64,000 nt of DNA from an uncultured Gemmatimonadaceae bacterium (GCA_963740355.1 CAVUDW010000002.1:1536001-1600000), one strand, 5' to 3'; positions 10,267 to 20,766 are shown, counted from the stretch's first letter. The notes: a model not told the origin generated them from the sequence alone. Translations and numbers: made by a program.

Positions 10267-11403
10267 CTACTGCGGCGTGATTCGCCAGATCTGACCGCCG
10301 CCGTTGCCAACGTCGGTGGTCACGTAGAGTGAGCCGTCAGGCCCCTGAACCGGTGTGCGCAGGCGAACACCGAGTGATGCATAGAGTGGTGTGGCCGTCT
10401 TCAGGGCGCCGGCACCATCGAACGTCAGGACCATCAGCTTGGTGCCGGAGAGCTGGCCGATCACGAGTGCGCCGTCCCACGCCTTCCACGCGGCGCCACT
10501 GATGAATCCGCCGCCTGACGTTCCGCGCGCCGGGCTGCCGCTGCTCCACACCGCTTTCATCGCCGATGGATACCTGGTCAGATCGGTCATCGGCACCGAC
10601 TCATTGTACCCAGGTACCGGGTTCCATCCGGCATTCGCGCCGGCCACCAACTTGTTCACTTCGTCGTCCACGGAGCTTCCCTGCTCGATGGAGAAGGGTG
10701 CACCCGTGCCAGGCTGAAAGGCGATGCCCTGCACATTGCGATGGCCGTACGTGTAAATGCGCGCGTCGCCACCGGCGATCGATGGATTGCCAGGTGCAGC
10801 GGCGCCATCACGCGTGATGCGAAGCACCTTGCCGCCGAGCGTGGTGACATCCTGCGGGTTGGTGCCGACAGCGGCATCGCCGGTGCCAAGCCAGAGCTGA
10901 CCGTCGGTGCCGAATCGTGGACGGCAGCCGCTGTGCCTGCCCCCGTTCGCATAGGGGAGGCCAGTCACGATGTCGCGACGTGATCCGAGTGCCGACCCAT
11001 CGGCGGCGAGCGTCCACCGGACGAGCCGATTATCGGTGGTGCCGCCCGCGTTCGACGAATAGCAGGTGTAGACGAATCGATTGCTCGCGAACTGCGGGTC
11101 GATCGTCATGCCGAGCATCCCGCCTTCGCCGCCAAGCACCACATCGGACGGCTGGGCCACGGTAATAACGTCGCCATTCGTGCGCCGTAGTCGCAGCCTG
11201 CCTGGACGCTCGGTGATCAACACCTCACCATTTGGAAGGAACGCCAGGTCCCACGGATTGCTCAGCCCACTCACGAACACTGCGCGGTCCAGCGTCGGGA
11301 TGGTGGTGTCCGAGGGAGAGGGTGATGGCTGCGGATCCGTCGGCGAGTCCTGCCCACACGCCGTGCCGAGCAGGGCACCGAGGACGATGAGGCGGCGAAA
11401 CAT
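10267..11403 (-). CDS. PQQ-dependent aldose sugar dehydrogenase (glucose/sorbosone family) lipoprotein
   Basis: Lipobox LLGTAC; GLSNPWDLAFLP, ITERPGRL, GEGGMLG, YGHRNVQG, DDEVN; start placed at MFRRL. Confidence 0.88.
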   Translation of the reverse strand: MFRRLIVLGALLGTACGQDSPTDPQPSPSPSDTTIPTLDRAVFVSGLSNPWDLAFLPNGEVLITERPGRLRLRRTNGDVITVAQPSDVVLGGEGGMLGMTIDPQFASNRFVYTCYSSNAGGTTDNRLVRWTLAADGSALGSRRDIVTGLPYANGGRHSGCRPRFGTDGQLWLGTGDAAVGTNPQDVTTLGGKVLRITRDGAAAPGNPSIAGGDARIYTYGHRNVQGIAFQPGTGAPFSIEQGSSVDDEVNKLVAGANAGWNPVPGYNESVPMTDLTRYPSAMKAVWSSGSPARGTSGGGFISGAAWKAWDGALVIGQLSGTKLMVLTFDGAGALKTATPLYASLGVRLRTPVQGPDGSLYVTTDVGNGGGQIWRITPQ

Positions 11404-11672
11404 CGGAAGCGGCATGACTACAGAGGCAGAGGTGACCAGCGTCGGTCGGGCGGTGTGACCGGACAGCCCCACCTGAAAAACACCTCGGCATGCAGGAGTC
11501 GTTCCAGTGCGGCCGATCTTCCCCTGCTGAGGGCACAGGAGAGCGTGGCCTTGGTGCAGTTGCCCTGGCGTCCGACACGCAAGCGGCTGTCCCGAGCGGT
11601 GTGACTATCGGCACAGCTGTGCAGGGGACTATTTAGCAGATTGGTCTCCACTCCTGCCTCTGGCTCTCCCCC

Positions 11673-13193
11673 ATGAAGCGTACCGCACTTCTTTCCGCTG
11701 TGACCGGCATCGGTCTCCTCGCCAGTGTCGGTGCTGGCACATCGCGCCGCGAATCGGTGGACATCCTCATCACCGGTGGCACGGTGATCACGATGGATTC
11801 CGTCCGGCGCGTCCTCGACGACGGCGCGGTGGCGATCCGGGCGGATCGGATCGTCGCGGTGGGCAACACCGCTGAACTGGTCGCGAAATACAGTGGACGA
11901 CAGGTCATCGACGCGAAGCGCAAGATCGTCATGCCGGGGCTGATCGATGGGCATGGGCACGCGGGTCATGGCCTCGTGAAGTCGCTCGGCATGGACATGG
12001 ACCAGTTCTATCCGGCCACCGAGAAGATCTACGCACGCGGTTCGACGGTGGATTTCTGGCGTGCCGAAGCGTTGCTCACCGGCGTCGAGCGTGTGCGATT
12101 CGGTGTCACCACGGCGCTCAGCATGTTCGGCGGTGGCGACATGATCATGCGCACCGATGACGAGAAATACGGCGATGCGTATTTGCAGGCCACGAAGGAT
12201 GTCGGCATCCGTTATTTCCTCGCGGTCGGTCCGCGACGTCAGCCCTTTCCGAATACGTTCACCGAATGGAGTGGCGACAGCGCGCGCGATGTGGCGGTCA
12301 GCTTCGAAAAGGAGCTCGCGGTTTCGGAGGCGTTGATCAAGCGGTGGCAGGGACAGGGGGATGGTCGTATCAATCTCGCCGTGACGTTCCCGACCCACAT
12401 CCCGGCCGAGCACAACGTCACCGGTGACGCACTGGAGGAGCTCAAGGTGCGTGCGCGCGCCACGCGAGCCCTGTCACGCGAGTACGGTCTGCGCTTTACG
12501 CAGGACGGTCACACCACCGGGTCGGTGAAGTTCGCCGACGAGATCGGCTTGCTGGGCCCCGATGCGATCCTGTCTCACGCCACGGAGTTCACGCCGGAAG
12601 AAATCGCGATTCTCGCGCGCACGAACACGCGGATCGTGCACAATCCCAGCGCCAACGCCGCCACGCGACGTCGATTCCAGCTCGTCGAGCTGCTCGATGC
12701 GGGAGTGACCGTGATGCTGGGCTCGGACGGCGTGGCACCGGATCGCAGCTACGACATGTTCCGCCACATGTTCCAGGCCATGCGGTATCACCGCTTCTAC
12801 TGGCGGGATACCAATGTGCTGCCGCCTGGCAAGGTGCTGGAAATGGTCACCGTCGATGCGGCGAAGGCGCTTGGCCTCGAGAAGGAGATCGGCTCGCTCG
12901 AGGCAGGGAAGAAGGCAGACGTGATCCTGATCGACTGGTGGCGGCCGCACATGGTGCCGATGAACATGCCGCTCTATCGCGTGGCGTATTTTGCGAATGG
13001 CAACGATGTCAGCACCGTGCTGGTGAATGGGCGCGTGTTGATGCGCGACCGGAAAGTGTTATCGGTGAACGAGGACGCCGTGTTGGCGTTGGCGCAGCGC
13101 GAAGCCGACGCGGCGATCAAGCGGACCGGGTTGGCTCCGCTGTTGGCGACGCCGGAGGGGTTCTGGGGGCGGAGTCGGTTTCCGAAGCGGTGA
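11673..13193 (+). CDS. Amidohydrolase superfamily (AtzA/MtaD-like) with N-terminal signal
   Basis: MPGLIDGHGH, VHNPSAN, LGSDG, GSLEAGKKADVI. Confidence 0.88.
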   Translation: MKRTALLSAVTGIGLLASVGAGTSRRESVDILITGGTVITMDSVRRVLDDGAVAIRADRIVAVGNTAELVAKYSGRQVIDAKRKIVMPGLIDGHGHAGHGLVKSLGMDMDQFYPATEKIYARGSTVDFWRAEALLTGVERVRFGVTTALSMFGGGDMIMRTDDEKYGDAYLQATKDVGIRYFLAVGPRRQPFPNTFTEWSGDSARDVAVSFEKELAVSEALIKRWQGQGDGRINLAVTFPTHIPAEHNVTGDALEELKVRARATRALSREYGLRFTQDGHTTGSVKFADEIGLLGPDAILSHATEFTPEEIAILARTNTRIVHNPSANAATRRRFQLVELLDAGVTVMLGSDGVAPDRSYDMFRHMFQAMRYHRFYWRDTNVLPPGKVLEMVTVDAAKALGLEKEIGSLEAGKKADVILIDWWRPHMVPMNMPLYRVAYFANGNDVSTVLVNGRVLMRDRKVLSVNEDAVLALAQREADAAIKRTGLAPLLATPEGFWGRSRFPKR

Positions 13194-13348
13194 GTCGTTA
13201 TGGGTCGTGGCGGTGACTGGGGCAGGTAGGTCAGTGGACGGGATCAGCCATTCGACTGTTCGCCGATCTCGGCCGGGATCCTGGCTCGCGCATCTGGTGT
13301 TGATGTGATACGATACATGACGCGGCCACCGTCCACACGGAGTTCCTG

Positions 13349-14164
13349 ATGCGGGATGCGACCATGAGCACGAGCATCGCGAGGCTCCTGCGCGTCGTAC
13401 GATCGGAACCGGCAGGTCTGATATTCCAGTCTGCGATTGCCTGCATGTTCGCCGCGGTCGTTTCGACGCAGGCGGTGGCGCAGCTTCCATCCAGCGGAGG
13501 CGATGGCTTCCTTTTCAGCCCGCCACGCCTCATGCTCACCGTGCGAGGGGGCTACGACCAGCCTCTCGGGAATGGTGATGTATTTCAGAGCGCGCTCAGC
13601 CAGCTGACGCTGAGTCGCGGCAGCCTGGCAGCTGCCAACTATCAGATTGACATCGGTGTCCGGCTTTCCGATCGGCTCGAGGTTGTGGCCACGTCTGGGG
13701 AAGCGCAGCGCATAACGCGCTCGGAATACCGGAGCTTCGTGGACAACAACGATCTCCCGATCCAGCAGTCGACGCGACTGCGACGCGTTCCGGTCTCGAT
13801 CGGGCTGAAGTACGCGCTGGCACCGGCAGGAAACCGCGTCAGTCGGTTGGCGTGGATTCCGTCGCGATTCATTCCGACGGTCGGCGCGGGTGTCGGCGCC
13901 ATGCACCACATCTTCCAGCAGAACGGTGACTTCGTCGACGCGCCGACGCTGAATGTGTACCGTCGTGAATTTCGGTCGAGCGGGTGGACGCCGATGGGGT
14001 ACGCGAGTGTTGGTGCGGAGGTGCGGCTGTCACCGTTCATCTCCACTACCGGTGATGTGCGCTACACCGCCGCACGCGCGACCCCGAATGGCACCGTCGT
14101 GGGTTTCAGGATGATTGACTTGTCAGGGGTGGCGGCGTCTCTCGGCTTCACCTTTCGGAGGTAG
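13349..14164 (+). CDS. Hypothetical outer-membrane beta-barrel protein
   Basis: Signal-like segment, amphipathic beta pattern, C-terminal LGFTFRR; start uncertain. Confidence 0.6.
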   Translation: MRDATMSTSIARLLRVVRSEPAGLIFQSAIACMFAAVVSTQAVAQLPSSGGDGFLFSPPRLMLTVRGGYDQPLGNGDVFQSALSQLTLSRGSLAAANYQIDIGVRLSDRLEVVATSGEAQRITRSEYRSFVDNNDLPIQQSTRLRRVPVSIGLKYALAPAGNRVSRLAWIPSRFIPTVGAGVGAMHHIFQQNGDFVDAPTLNVYRREFRSSGWTPMGYASVGAEVRLSPFISTTGDVRYTAARATPNGTVVGFRMIDLSGVAASLGFTFRR

Positions 14165-14168
14165 TGCA

Positions 14169-15461
14169 ATGTCACCCGTCTCAGCCAGGCACGGCGCGAT
14201 GATCATCGCTGCTGCAATGCTTGCGACGACCGTCGCAGTGGCCCAGCAGGATTCTGCGCCACGCTTCGATGCTCGCTGGCGAGCCTTCATCGGCTGCTGG
14301 GCCACGAGCACCGGCGAACAGGTTGGGCCGATGGTGTGCATCATGCCGACACGTGATTCACAGACGGTTGAATTCGTGCAGGTTGCCGGCGACAGCATCG
14401 TCTCGCGCGAGCCGCTGACCGCCAGCGGGGAGCGCGTCACGATCGATCGTGCGGACTGCACCGGATGGATGAGCGGGATCTGGTCAGCGGATGATCGCCG
14501 ACTGTTCATGCGATCCGACGCACGGTGCGGCAGTGGGCCATCGGTGACGATGAGCAGCATCTACTCATTCGACAACTATCGAATGTTCACGCGGGTCGAG
14601 CGCGCTGCGACACCTGCTGGCGCTGCCGTGCGCGTCACACGCTTGACCGCGGTCAGTGCAGTGGCAGACGTGCCGCCCGTGGTACAGTCCGTGCTCGCGA
14701 TCGACTCGTTGCCGGCGACGTACTCGGCTCGCATCGATGCGTCAGCGTTGGTGTCCACGGCGGATGTCGCCGATGCCACGCAGCGGGTCGAGGCACCGTT
14801 GGTCGAGGCCTGGCTGGGCGATCGAAAGCAGTCGTTCTTGTTGGGCGCACGCGACTTGATTGCGTTGCAGGATGCACATGTCCCGCCGAGCGTGATCGAC
14901 GTGATGATCGCCGTGTCGCGGCCGGACATGTTCACGCTGGTTCCGTCCGCGGAGTCTCGTGGGCCGCGTGCTACGCGGCGGCTGCTGCCGGCTGACTCGG
15001 TCGAAATCGCGGCAGTGCAGGCAGCGGCCCGTACTTTCGGTGGCCTGTCGGCGACGAGCACGACGGAGTTGTTCTATCCGCTCCTGCGCGGCGGCTATGG
15101 CCTTGACACTCGGTACAGTCAGAATGGCCCGCCTGGCGCGCCGTGGTTCAACCCGTTTCTCGAATGCTACGGCAAACTCGATTGTCGGATCATGCCTCCG
15201 GATTGGACTCGGACGTCAGGTGAGAGCGTGTATCTCCCGCAGAGGACTGGGTCATCTGCGGGGAGCAGCGACGTCGGTGCGGGATGGACGCCAGGCGCTG
15301 GGGGCGGGCGAAGTGCCTTCCCGTCCGGTGGGATTGATTCACCGGGGATGACGTCCGGTGGCGTGGCTGCGTCGGTTGGCAGTTCGACCAGCGGCGGCGC
15401 ATCTGGCGGTGCTGCACCGTCTGCGGCACCGGAACAGCGCACAGCAAAACCGCGCCCCTGA
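14169..15461 (+). CDS. Hypothetical exported protein with Gly/Ser-rich tail
   Basis: ATG 4 nt after the upstream stop with GGAGG RBS; signal peptide (AVA-QQ); W..FIGCW start of the mature domain. Confidence 0.65.
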   Translation: MSPVSARHGAMIIAAAMLATTVAVAQQDSAPRFDARWRAFIGCWATSTGEQVGPMVCIMPTRDSQTVEFVQVAGDSIVSREPLTASGERVTIDRADCTGWMSGIWSADDRRLFMRSDARCGSGPSVTMSSIYSFDNYRMFTRVERAATPAGAAVRVTRLTAVSAVADVPPVVQSVLAIDSLPATYSARIDASALVSTADVADATQRVEAPLVEAWLGDRKQSFLLGARDLIALQDAHVPPSVIDVMIAVSRPDMFTLVPSAESRGPRATRRLLPADSVEIAAVQAAARTFGGLSATSTTELFYPLLRGGYGLDTRYSQNGPPGAPWFNPFLECYGKLDCRIMPPDWTRTSGESVYLPQRTGSSAGSSDVGAGWTPGAGGGRSAFPSGGIDSPGMTSGGVAASVGSSTSGGASGGAAPSAAPEQRTAKPRP

Positions 15462-15476
15462 GCGCGGGGCGCGGTT
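15448..15476 (-). terminator. Intrinsic terminator between convergent genes
   Basis: Perfect 11-bp stem AACCGCGCCCC/GGGGCGCGGTT, running into TTTT on the minus strand. Confidence 0.6.
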
Positions 15477-15542
15477 CACGATGCCAGCGACGCGACCACT
15501 ACCGCGGCGCGAGAGCAGCACCGTACTCGGTGCGGTCTCGGC

Positions 15543-16190
15543 CTAGCCGAACAGCTTCTTCAGCAACCCCGGCGGGCGAATCTTCACCTGTGGCTTGAAC
15601 TCGATGCGGCCCTGGCTTGCGCGCTCGCGTTCGACCTGCTTGCCCTTCACGTTTTCGCGGATGTAGTGGTGCTTGCCCTGCGTGCCATCCTTGGCGAACG
15701 AGTCGATCGATCCGACGTAGCCGTAGAACGAGCAGTTCTTGTAGCCGCGTGAATACATCTCGTCAGCCACCTGACGGGCGAATGGTGGGCCCGCCACTTC
15801 GGGATCGGAGCCGATCTTGCCACTTTCCGCGCTGTGGCAGTTGAACAGCTTGATCTTGCCTGAATAAGCCTTTTTCAGGCCGCTCTCGATGAGGCGATCC
15901 ACGACCGTCTCGACATCGATTCGTTCACCACCGCGACCACCTTCGATCGACTTGAAGCCCGGCATGCCGTGACCGCGGATGTAGATCTGGCCCGTGCTCA
16001 TCGATGACATGAACGGATTCTTCGTCTTCGGCTTGTACCAGACCGCGACGGCGGTGTTGCCCTTGGTCAGCTCGTGGTCGATATCCTGCTGCAGCTTGTT
16101 CATCCCACCCTGCGCGGAGCCGTATTCGGTCTGCGCCGCGAGATACATGTGGTGATTGGGATCGTAGGGCATGAAGAACGCTTTGTTCAT
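15543..16190 (-). CDS. Putative clan CD (C80/OspB-like) cysteine protease, candidate T6SS effector
   Basis: IYIRGHG ... KIKLFNCHSA ... FARQVA ... FYGYVG pattern; ATG at 16190 (MNKAFF); no signal peptide. Confidence 0.65.
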   Translation of the reverse strand: MNKAFFMPYDPNHHMYLAAQTEYGSAQGGMNKLQQDIDHELTKGNTAVAVWYKPKTKNPFMSSMSTGQIYIRGHGMPGFKSIEGGRGGERIDVETVVDRLIESGLKKAYSGKIKLFNCHSAESGKIGSDPEVAGPPFARQVADEMYSRGYKNCSFYGYVGSIDSFAKDGTQGKHHYIRENVKGKQVERERASQGRIEFKPQVKIRPPGLLKKLFG

Positions 16191-16531
16191 TGCCGTGAGC
16201 CTCGAATGGGTGGTGACCTGTGGAACGGAGACAGCGATCCGGCGGCGGGGGAGGGCGGTCGCCCCGCGTGAAGGCACAATTGTGGGGGGTGGGGCGCGAA
16301 GTCGCCACTGGCCGGTCCGGACGATGGATGCGACGACGTGACACTGCGCTCGCGTTTGCGGAAGCCGCTCAGAGGTGGCGCTGCCGACGCTCTGGCGCTT
16401 TGCCGAACCGAGCGACATCCTAATGGATGGGCTTGGTGCGGCAGGGCGTCGCCGATGGTCAGCGCAGGCAGAACTCCCAAGAGCGTACAGAACCCTCGCT
16501 GGCCCCTCACCCCTCCACACCAAACGACTTC

Positions 16532-17140
16532 ATGTCAAACGCGTCGGCCGCAGCAAAGCTTGGTGATCCCGCGAAGAAGCTGGCGAAGGCGCAGTTTCAG
16601 GCCTGGCTCGAGAAGAACGTGAAATCAGCCGACGCGACGGTGATCAAGTTCATGCTCGACTACTTCGAGCTGACATGGGACCTTCTCAGCGAGTCAATCA
16701 AACAGGGCAAGGTGCCTGCCAAGGGCGACATCATCCGCTACTTCGGCAACAAGGCCGTTGCGCTGAGTGGATTTTCCGAGGACAACGCCGTGGCCTGTGT
16801 CTCCTCCGTCGTATCCTTCGGCATCACTGCTAGCAATCTTGAGACCGCGGCAGGCGGCGTGCCCGGCGTCGTGCTGTACATCAGCCTGTTGATGCTGGAC
16901 GGTTTGGACGTGGGCGGGAACTGCTACCTCGCGTACCTCGATCAATCGAACGCGCAGAAGATCGAGCAATTGAAAGTCGATCTCGAAAAGCGCCGAGCGA
17001 GGGCGTTCGCCCAAGCGCGCACAAACATGACCGGCACCGCGCCGCAGGCGGACCCGCTGGCCGCATTGCTGCAATACGAAGGACGGCAACCGCAGCAGTG
17101 TATGAGTTCGCCAGCGATCGCCGTGCCGCGACTTCCATAA
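16532..17140 (+). CDS. Hypothetical helical protein with central hydrophobic hairpin
   Basis: Coding-like codon usage from ATG 16532; hydrophobic stretch flanked by two Cys, then a coiled-coil-like segment. Confidence 0.65.
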   Translation: MSNASAAAKLGDPAKKLAKAQFQAWLEKNVKSADATVIKFMLDYFELTWDLLSESIKQGKVPAKGDIIRYFGNKAVALSGFSEDNAVACVSSVVSFGITASNLETAAGGVPGVVLYISLLMLDGLDVGGNCYLAYLDQSNAQKIEQLKVDLEKRRARAFAQARTNMTGTAPQADPLAALLQYEGRQPQQCMSSPAIAVPRLP

Positions 17141-17146
17141 CTCTGC

Positions 17147-20100
17147 CTACTGCGCCACCTGCCCCGGACACGCCTGCCCAGCCAACCCGCCACGCTGCAC
17201 CACCGGCCCACCACCGGGCGCCCACAACTCCAGCACCACCGGCGCCGCACCGCTGAACGTCAGGCGCCCGGTGTTGGCGCGGCCCCCTTCGTAGGACGTC
17301 GCGCGCGCCATCACGCGGAACAGCGCCCATGGCCCATCCGCGCGCGCCAGCTCCTGGTCGCGGCCACCGGACATGACTGACAACCGCGCCGCGCGCCCAC
17401 CGCTCGGCGGCCAGGCCACGCCCTGTGCTTCACCGCCTGGCACGAACCGAGGTGTGCGGTCGCCATGAGAAAGCGTCACCGGCCCCGCGTCTGGCGTCGC
17501 AAGCACCTTCACCGTCAGCGCCATGCGCGGTGTTTGCCCCTTGTCTGCGTAGAGCGCACCTGATGCACGCGCCATGCGCTTGAAGAAGCCGACGAATTGC
17601 GGCGTCAATGTCACGCCGTTGGCCGGCCTCGACACATACGTGCCATTCTCGAGAGGCAGCAGCGGCTGCAACCGCTCATCGTAGAACTGCCAGAGCGATC
17701 CGGTGCCTGGAGCCAGCAGCGCATTGACATCGCGCAAATCCGCATCGCCCTGTTCGGGATCGAATGGGAATTTGCGCAGGATACGCTCCATCGCCTTGCA
17801 CAGTTGCTTGCCGCGATCGTTGAGGATCACGGCCAGTTCTGGTCCGGTGGCGCTGCCCGCGGCGTCGGAGCCGGCCGGCGCTGCAGGCGCGGGTGCTGCA
17901 CCACCGCCGCCGACTGCGGGCGTGGGCACCGCGGGCGCCATCGCCACTGGTGCTGCGGCGCCTGGTCCCGCGCCCGCCTTGCTCGGGGTCCTTGGCAGCG
18001 GTGCGTTGGACGCCTTCTGCAACGTCGCCTCCGCGCCATCGATCGGGGCCTGCAGCAAGGTCGCAACCACGCGGCCAATCGCCGCCGCATCGGGATCCAC
18101 TGCGAACTTCTGCTCGAGTTGGCGCGCCGCAATCTTCGCCGTTGACGATGGGCCCATCAAGACGTTCTGCGCCGCCAGCTTCTGCGCGGCGATCGTCGCG
18201 GTGTCCGTGCCCGGTGGAAGATTGCCGAGCTGCTCCATCGCGCCCTGCAGCATCAATAACGCATTGGCATACGGCTCATTCGCCTCGCTCACAAACTTGC
18301 CCTGCACACTGGCCGGCGTCACGCTGTGCACTGGTTGAAACGCGCGCGTCAGCGAAGTGTCGACGCTGGTGTTGTGCGCCACCATCGAGAGGATCGCGAG
18401 CAACGGTGATTGCGCACCGCCCAGCTTCCCCAGCCGCGCTGCCGATTCCTTGACGCTCGGAGGACGCGGCACACTCACGGCGCGCAGTGCATTGCGCCAC
18501 TGCGTCGCATAGTCGGCGACATACCGCTTGCGGATCTCCGCCAGGTCCTGCTCCCGGTTGCGGCTCGACACAGCGCTCCGTTCGCCAAGCACCCACTGCT
18601 CACCCTGGAAGAAACGATCCGAATCCTTCAGCACCTCTTGCATCGTGCGCCAGCCAGCGCTGGTGTAGGGGCCGAGCACGATGGCACCTCCCGTGCCCAC
18701 CACACCTGCCGCCTGCGGCACGGTATCCGCCAGCTTGACCTGCTTCACCTTCGCCGACACGGTCGAGAGCATCGAGACGTAGATCGGGTCGATGCCGGCA
18801 AAACCGTTGAGGTAGTCACGCGTGTGACCGACGAGCTTCACATCACCGGTCACGGGCCAGAGGGGCTCTGCAGCCTGCAGCGACGCGTAGGTGTCGAACT
18901 GGCGGCGAGCGAGTTCCGTCACGGCGGTGTCGGTCGCGATACCGCGCTGCCACGCCGACAACAGCACCGGCGTCACGAACGACGCAGAACTCCTTGCATG
19001 TTCTGCCGTGCCGACGAGGTACGTCTTCAGCATGTCATACGACAGGCCGTAGTCAGAGGTCGCGACGGGTTTGTCAGGCAACGCGCGCAACGAGTCGGTC
19101 AGCGTGCGCCAGGCATCGTCGTGCAACTGGCGGCGGTATCCCGCGACCCAGGCCGGCCGTGCGGATGCGATCAGGCCCTTGCCATTCCAGAGTCCGAATC
19201 GCATCGAAAACGGTGCGCCGACGCTATCGATCGCGGCGATGGTATCGATCAGGCTTCGCAGGCGCTCCAGCGTGCGCAGCGCTTCACCGCTGGGCAACGC
19301 GATCGTGCCAGGTGCTGCTTGCACCACCGGCAACGACGCCACGCTCCGTGCCGCGTCCAGCGTGCGCGCAGTGAGCGCACGATTGCCAAGCCAACTCACG
19401 GTGACACCAATTCCAAGCAATACGCCGGCACCGATCACGCTGCCAAGCAACACGCGGCGCATCCCGGAGACGCGCACACCACCGATCGCCGCGGCGCGTC
19501 CACTGCGATCGCCAAACACCACATCGGTGAAGAAGCGATCGATGAACACCCACTCCGGTACCTTGCGCGCCGCTGCCACTGGCTCAGGCGCCATCGCGTT
19601 GCCAGGCACCCCCGGACGAAACAGCCCGGTGGCGCCGGCCGCAGGCGCCTGCATCGCAGCCGCCGCTGGCGCAGCGTCGCGCACCAGCACCGGGCGCGCG
19701 CCAGTGAACCAGAACCCGCGCAGCTGCGGCGTCATGCCCATCTGCGATGGCCGCGTCACCTCCACCATGAACCGGATCGCCGCCGGCGCAAGCTTGCTCA
19801 TCTCGCGCGGCACTTCGTACGACGTCAAACGCTGTGCGTCGACCGACTCCCGGGTCAGCAGTTCGCCGCGCCGTGCACCCAATGCGGCAATCAGCGTGGC
19901 GAAGGCACTCTCGAGACGTGGGACCAGGCGTTCGGCATAGGCGCCAGCAGCGCCGCTGTCGAACGGCAACGCCGCGCCCAGCGGCACTCGCGTCTCGTCA
20001 CGCGTCAGTGGGGCAAGCCATCCCTCGAGATACGGAATGCGATCGACACGCGTGAAGAGCACGTACACCGGCACCCGCATGCCGAGCTGATTGGCTGCAT

Positions 20101-20749
20101 CGGCGAGCCGTTCGCGCAGGGTCGGCGCCAGGGCGTCGAGCTGTTTCGCTTCGTCGGCGCCGGCGAGAAAGTCGCATGGAATGCAGAGCACGATGGCGCG
20201 CGGCGCGGGCTCGCGACGGCCAAGCGCCACGGCCAGTCCGGGGGCGCGCATCGCACGCACGAAGCGTGTGAAACGACCAGCATCGGCGATCAACGCGCCC
20301 GGCGCTTCGACCACCGCGCCGCCTCCCGCAAGCCAGATGTTCGCCGCCTTGGTCGGCTCTTCTGGTCCGGTGCCGCGCGCATCACCAGCCAGCAGCTGTG
20401 CATCGAGCCCACTGCGCGTGATGACGGTGGTCTTGGTACTCGTCGGCGGACCAATCACGAAAACCAGCGACTTGCGCAGCAGTTCACCGCGCGGCAGGCG
20501 ATCCGCCGCCTGTCGCAGCGCCAGGATGGCATCGTCCTTCTCGGCCTTCGAGACGGCATCGGTGGGACGCAAGACGTGCCACGTGAGCATGGCGCCTGCT
20601 GCGCCGAGCACCGCGAGCCCGAGCAGGATTGCCGTGCGCTCGCCGCCGGTGAGCTTGAGGAGCCAGATCACGATGATCGCGATCAGGATGAACGCGAGCA
20701 GCACGCCGAGGCTGGCCAGCCAGCGGGTGGTGCGCGAGGAATGAGTCAT
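17147..20749 (-). CDS. tssM: T6SS membrane subunit TssM (IcmF)
   Basis: Two N-terminal TM helices, P-loop-like GPPTSTKTT, PVYVLFTRVD, LRGFWFTG, third TM, Y..LK.YL, KFPF, GPWALFR; next to tssL. Confidence 0.92.
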   Translation of the reverse strand: MTHSSRTTRWLASLGVLLAFILIAIIVIWLLKLTGGERTAILLGLAVLGAAGAMLTWHVLRPTDAVSKAEKDDAILALRQAADRLPRGELLRKSLVFVIGPPTSTKTTVITRSGLDAQLLAGDARGTGPEEPTKAANIWLAGGGAVVEAPGALIADAGRFTRFVRAMRAPGLAVALGRREPAPRAIVLCIPCDFLAGADEAKQLDALAPTLRERLADAANQLGMRVPVYVLFTRVDRIPYLEGWLAPLTRDETRVPLGAALPFDSGAAGAYAERLVPRLESAFATLIAALGARRGELLTRESVDAQRLTSYEVPREMSKLAPAAIRFMVEVTRPSQMGMTPQLRGFWFTGARPVLVRDAAPAAAAMQAPAAGATGLFRPGVPGNAMAPEPVAAARKVPEWVFIDRFFTDVVFGDRSGRAAAIGGVRVSGMRRVLLGSVIGAGVLLGIGVTVSWLGNRALTARTLDAARSVASLPVVQAAPGTIALPSGEALRTLERLRSLIDTIAAIDSVGAPFSMRFGLWNGKGLIASARPAWVAGYRRQLHDDAWRTLTDSLRALPDKPVATSDYGLSYDMLKTYLVGTAEHARSSASFVTPVLLSAWQRGIATDTAVTELARRQFDTYASLQAAEPLWPVTGDVKLVGHTRDYLNGFAGIDPIYVSMLSTVSAKVKQVKLADTVPQAAGVVGTGGAIVLGPYTSAGWRTMQEVLKDSDRFFQGEQWVLGERSAVSSRNREQDLAEIRKRYVADYATQWRNALRAVSVPRPPSVKESAARLGKLGGAQSPLLAILSMVAHNTSVDTSLTRAFQPVHSVTPASVQGKFVSEANEPYANALLMLQGAMEQLGNLPPGTDTATIAAQKLAAQNVLMGPSSTAKIAARQLEQKFAVDPDAAAIGRVVATLLQAPIDGAEATLQKASNAPLPRTPSKAGAGPGAAAPVAMAPAVPTPAVGGGGAAPAPAAPAGSDAAGSATGPELAVILNDRGKQLCKAMERILRKFPFDPEQGDADLRDVNALLAPGTGSLWQFYDERLQPLLPLENGTYVSRPANGVTLTPQFVGFFKRMARASGALYADKGQTPRMALTVKVLATPDAGPVTLSHGDRTPRFVPGGEAQGVAWPPSGGRAARLSVMSGGRDQELARADGPWALFRVMARATSYEGGRANTGRLTFSGAAPVVLELWAPGGGPVVQRGGLAGQACPGQVAQ

Positions 20750-20766
20750 GACGCGTTCCGGAAGCG

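Noticed and set aside
16191..16531. N-terminal extensions of the two divergent ORFs given in the track
   Set aside because: The extensions overlap each other and read as non-coding; internal ATGs at 16190 and 16532 are more plausible
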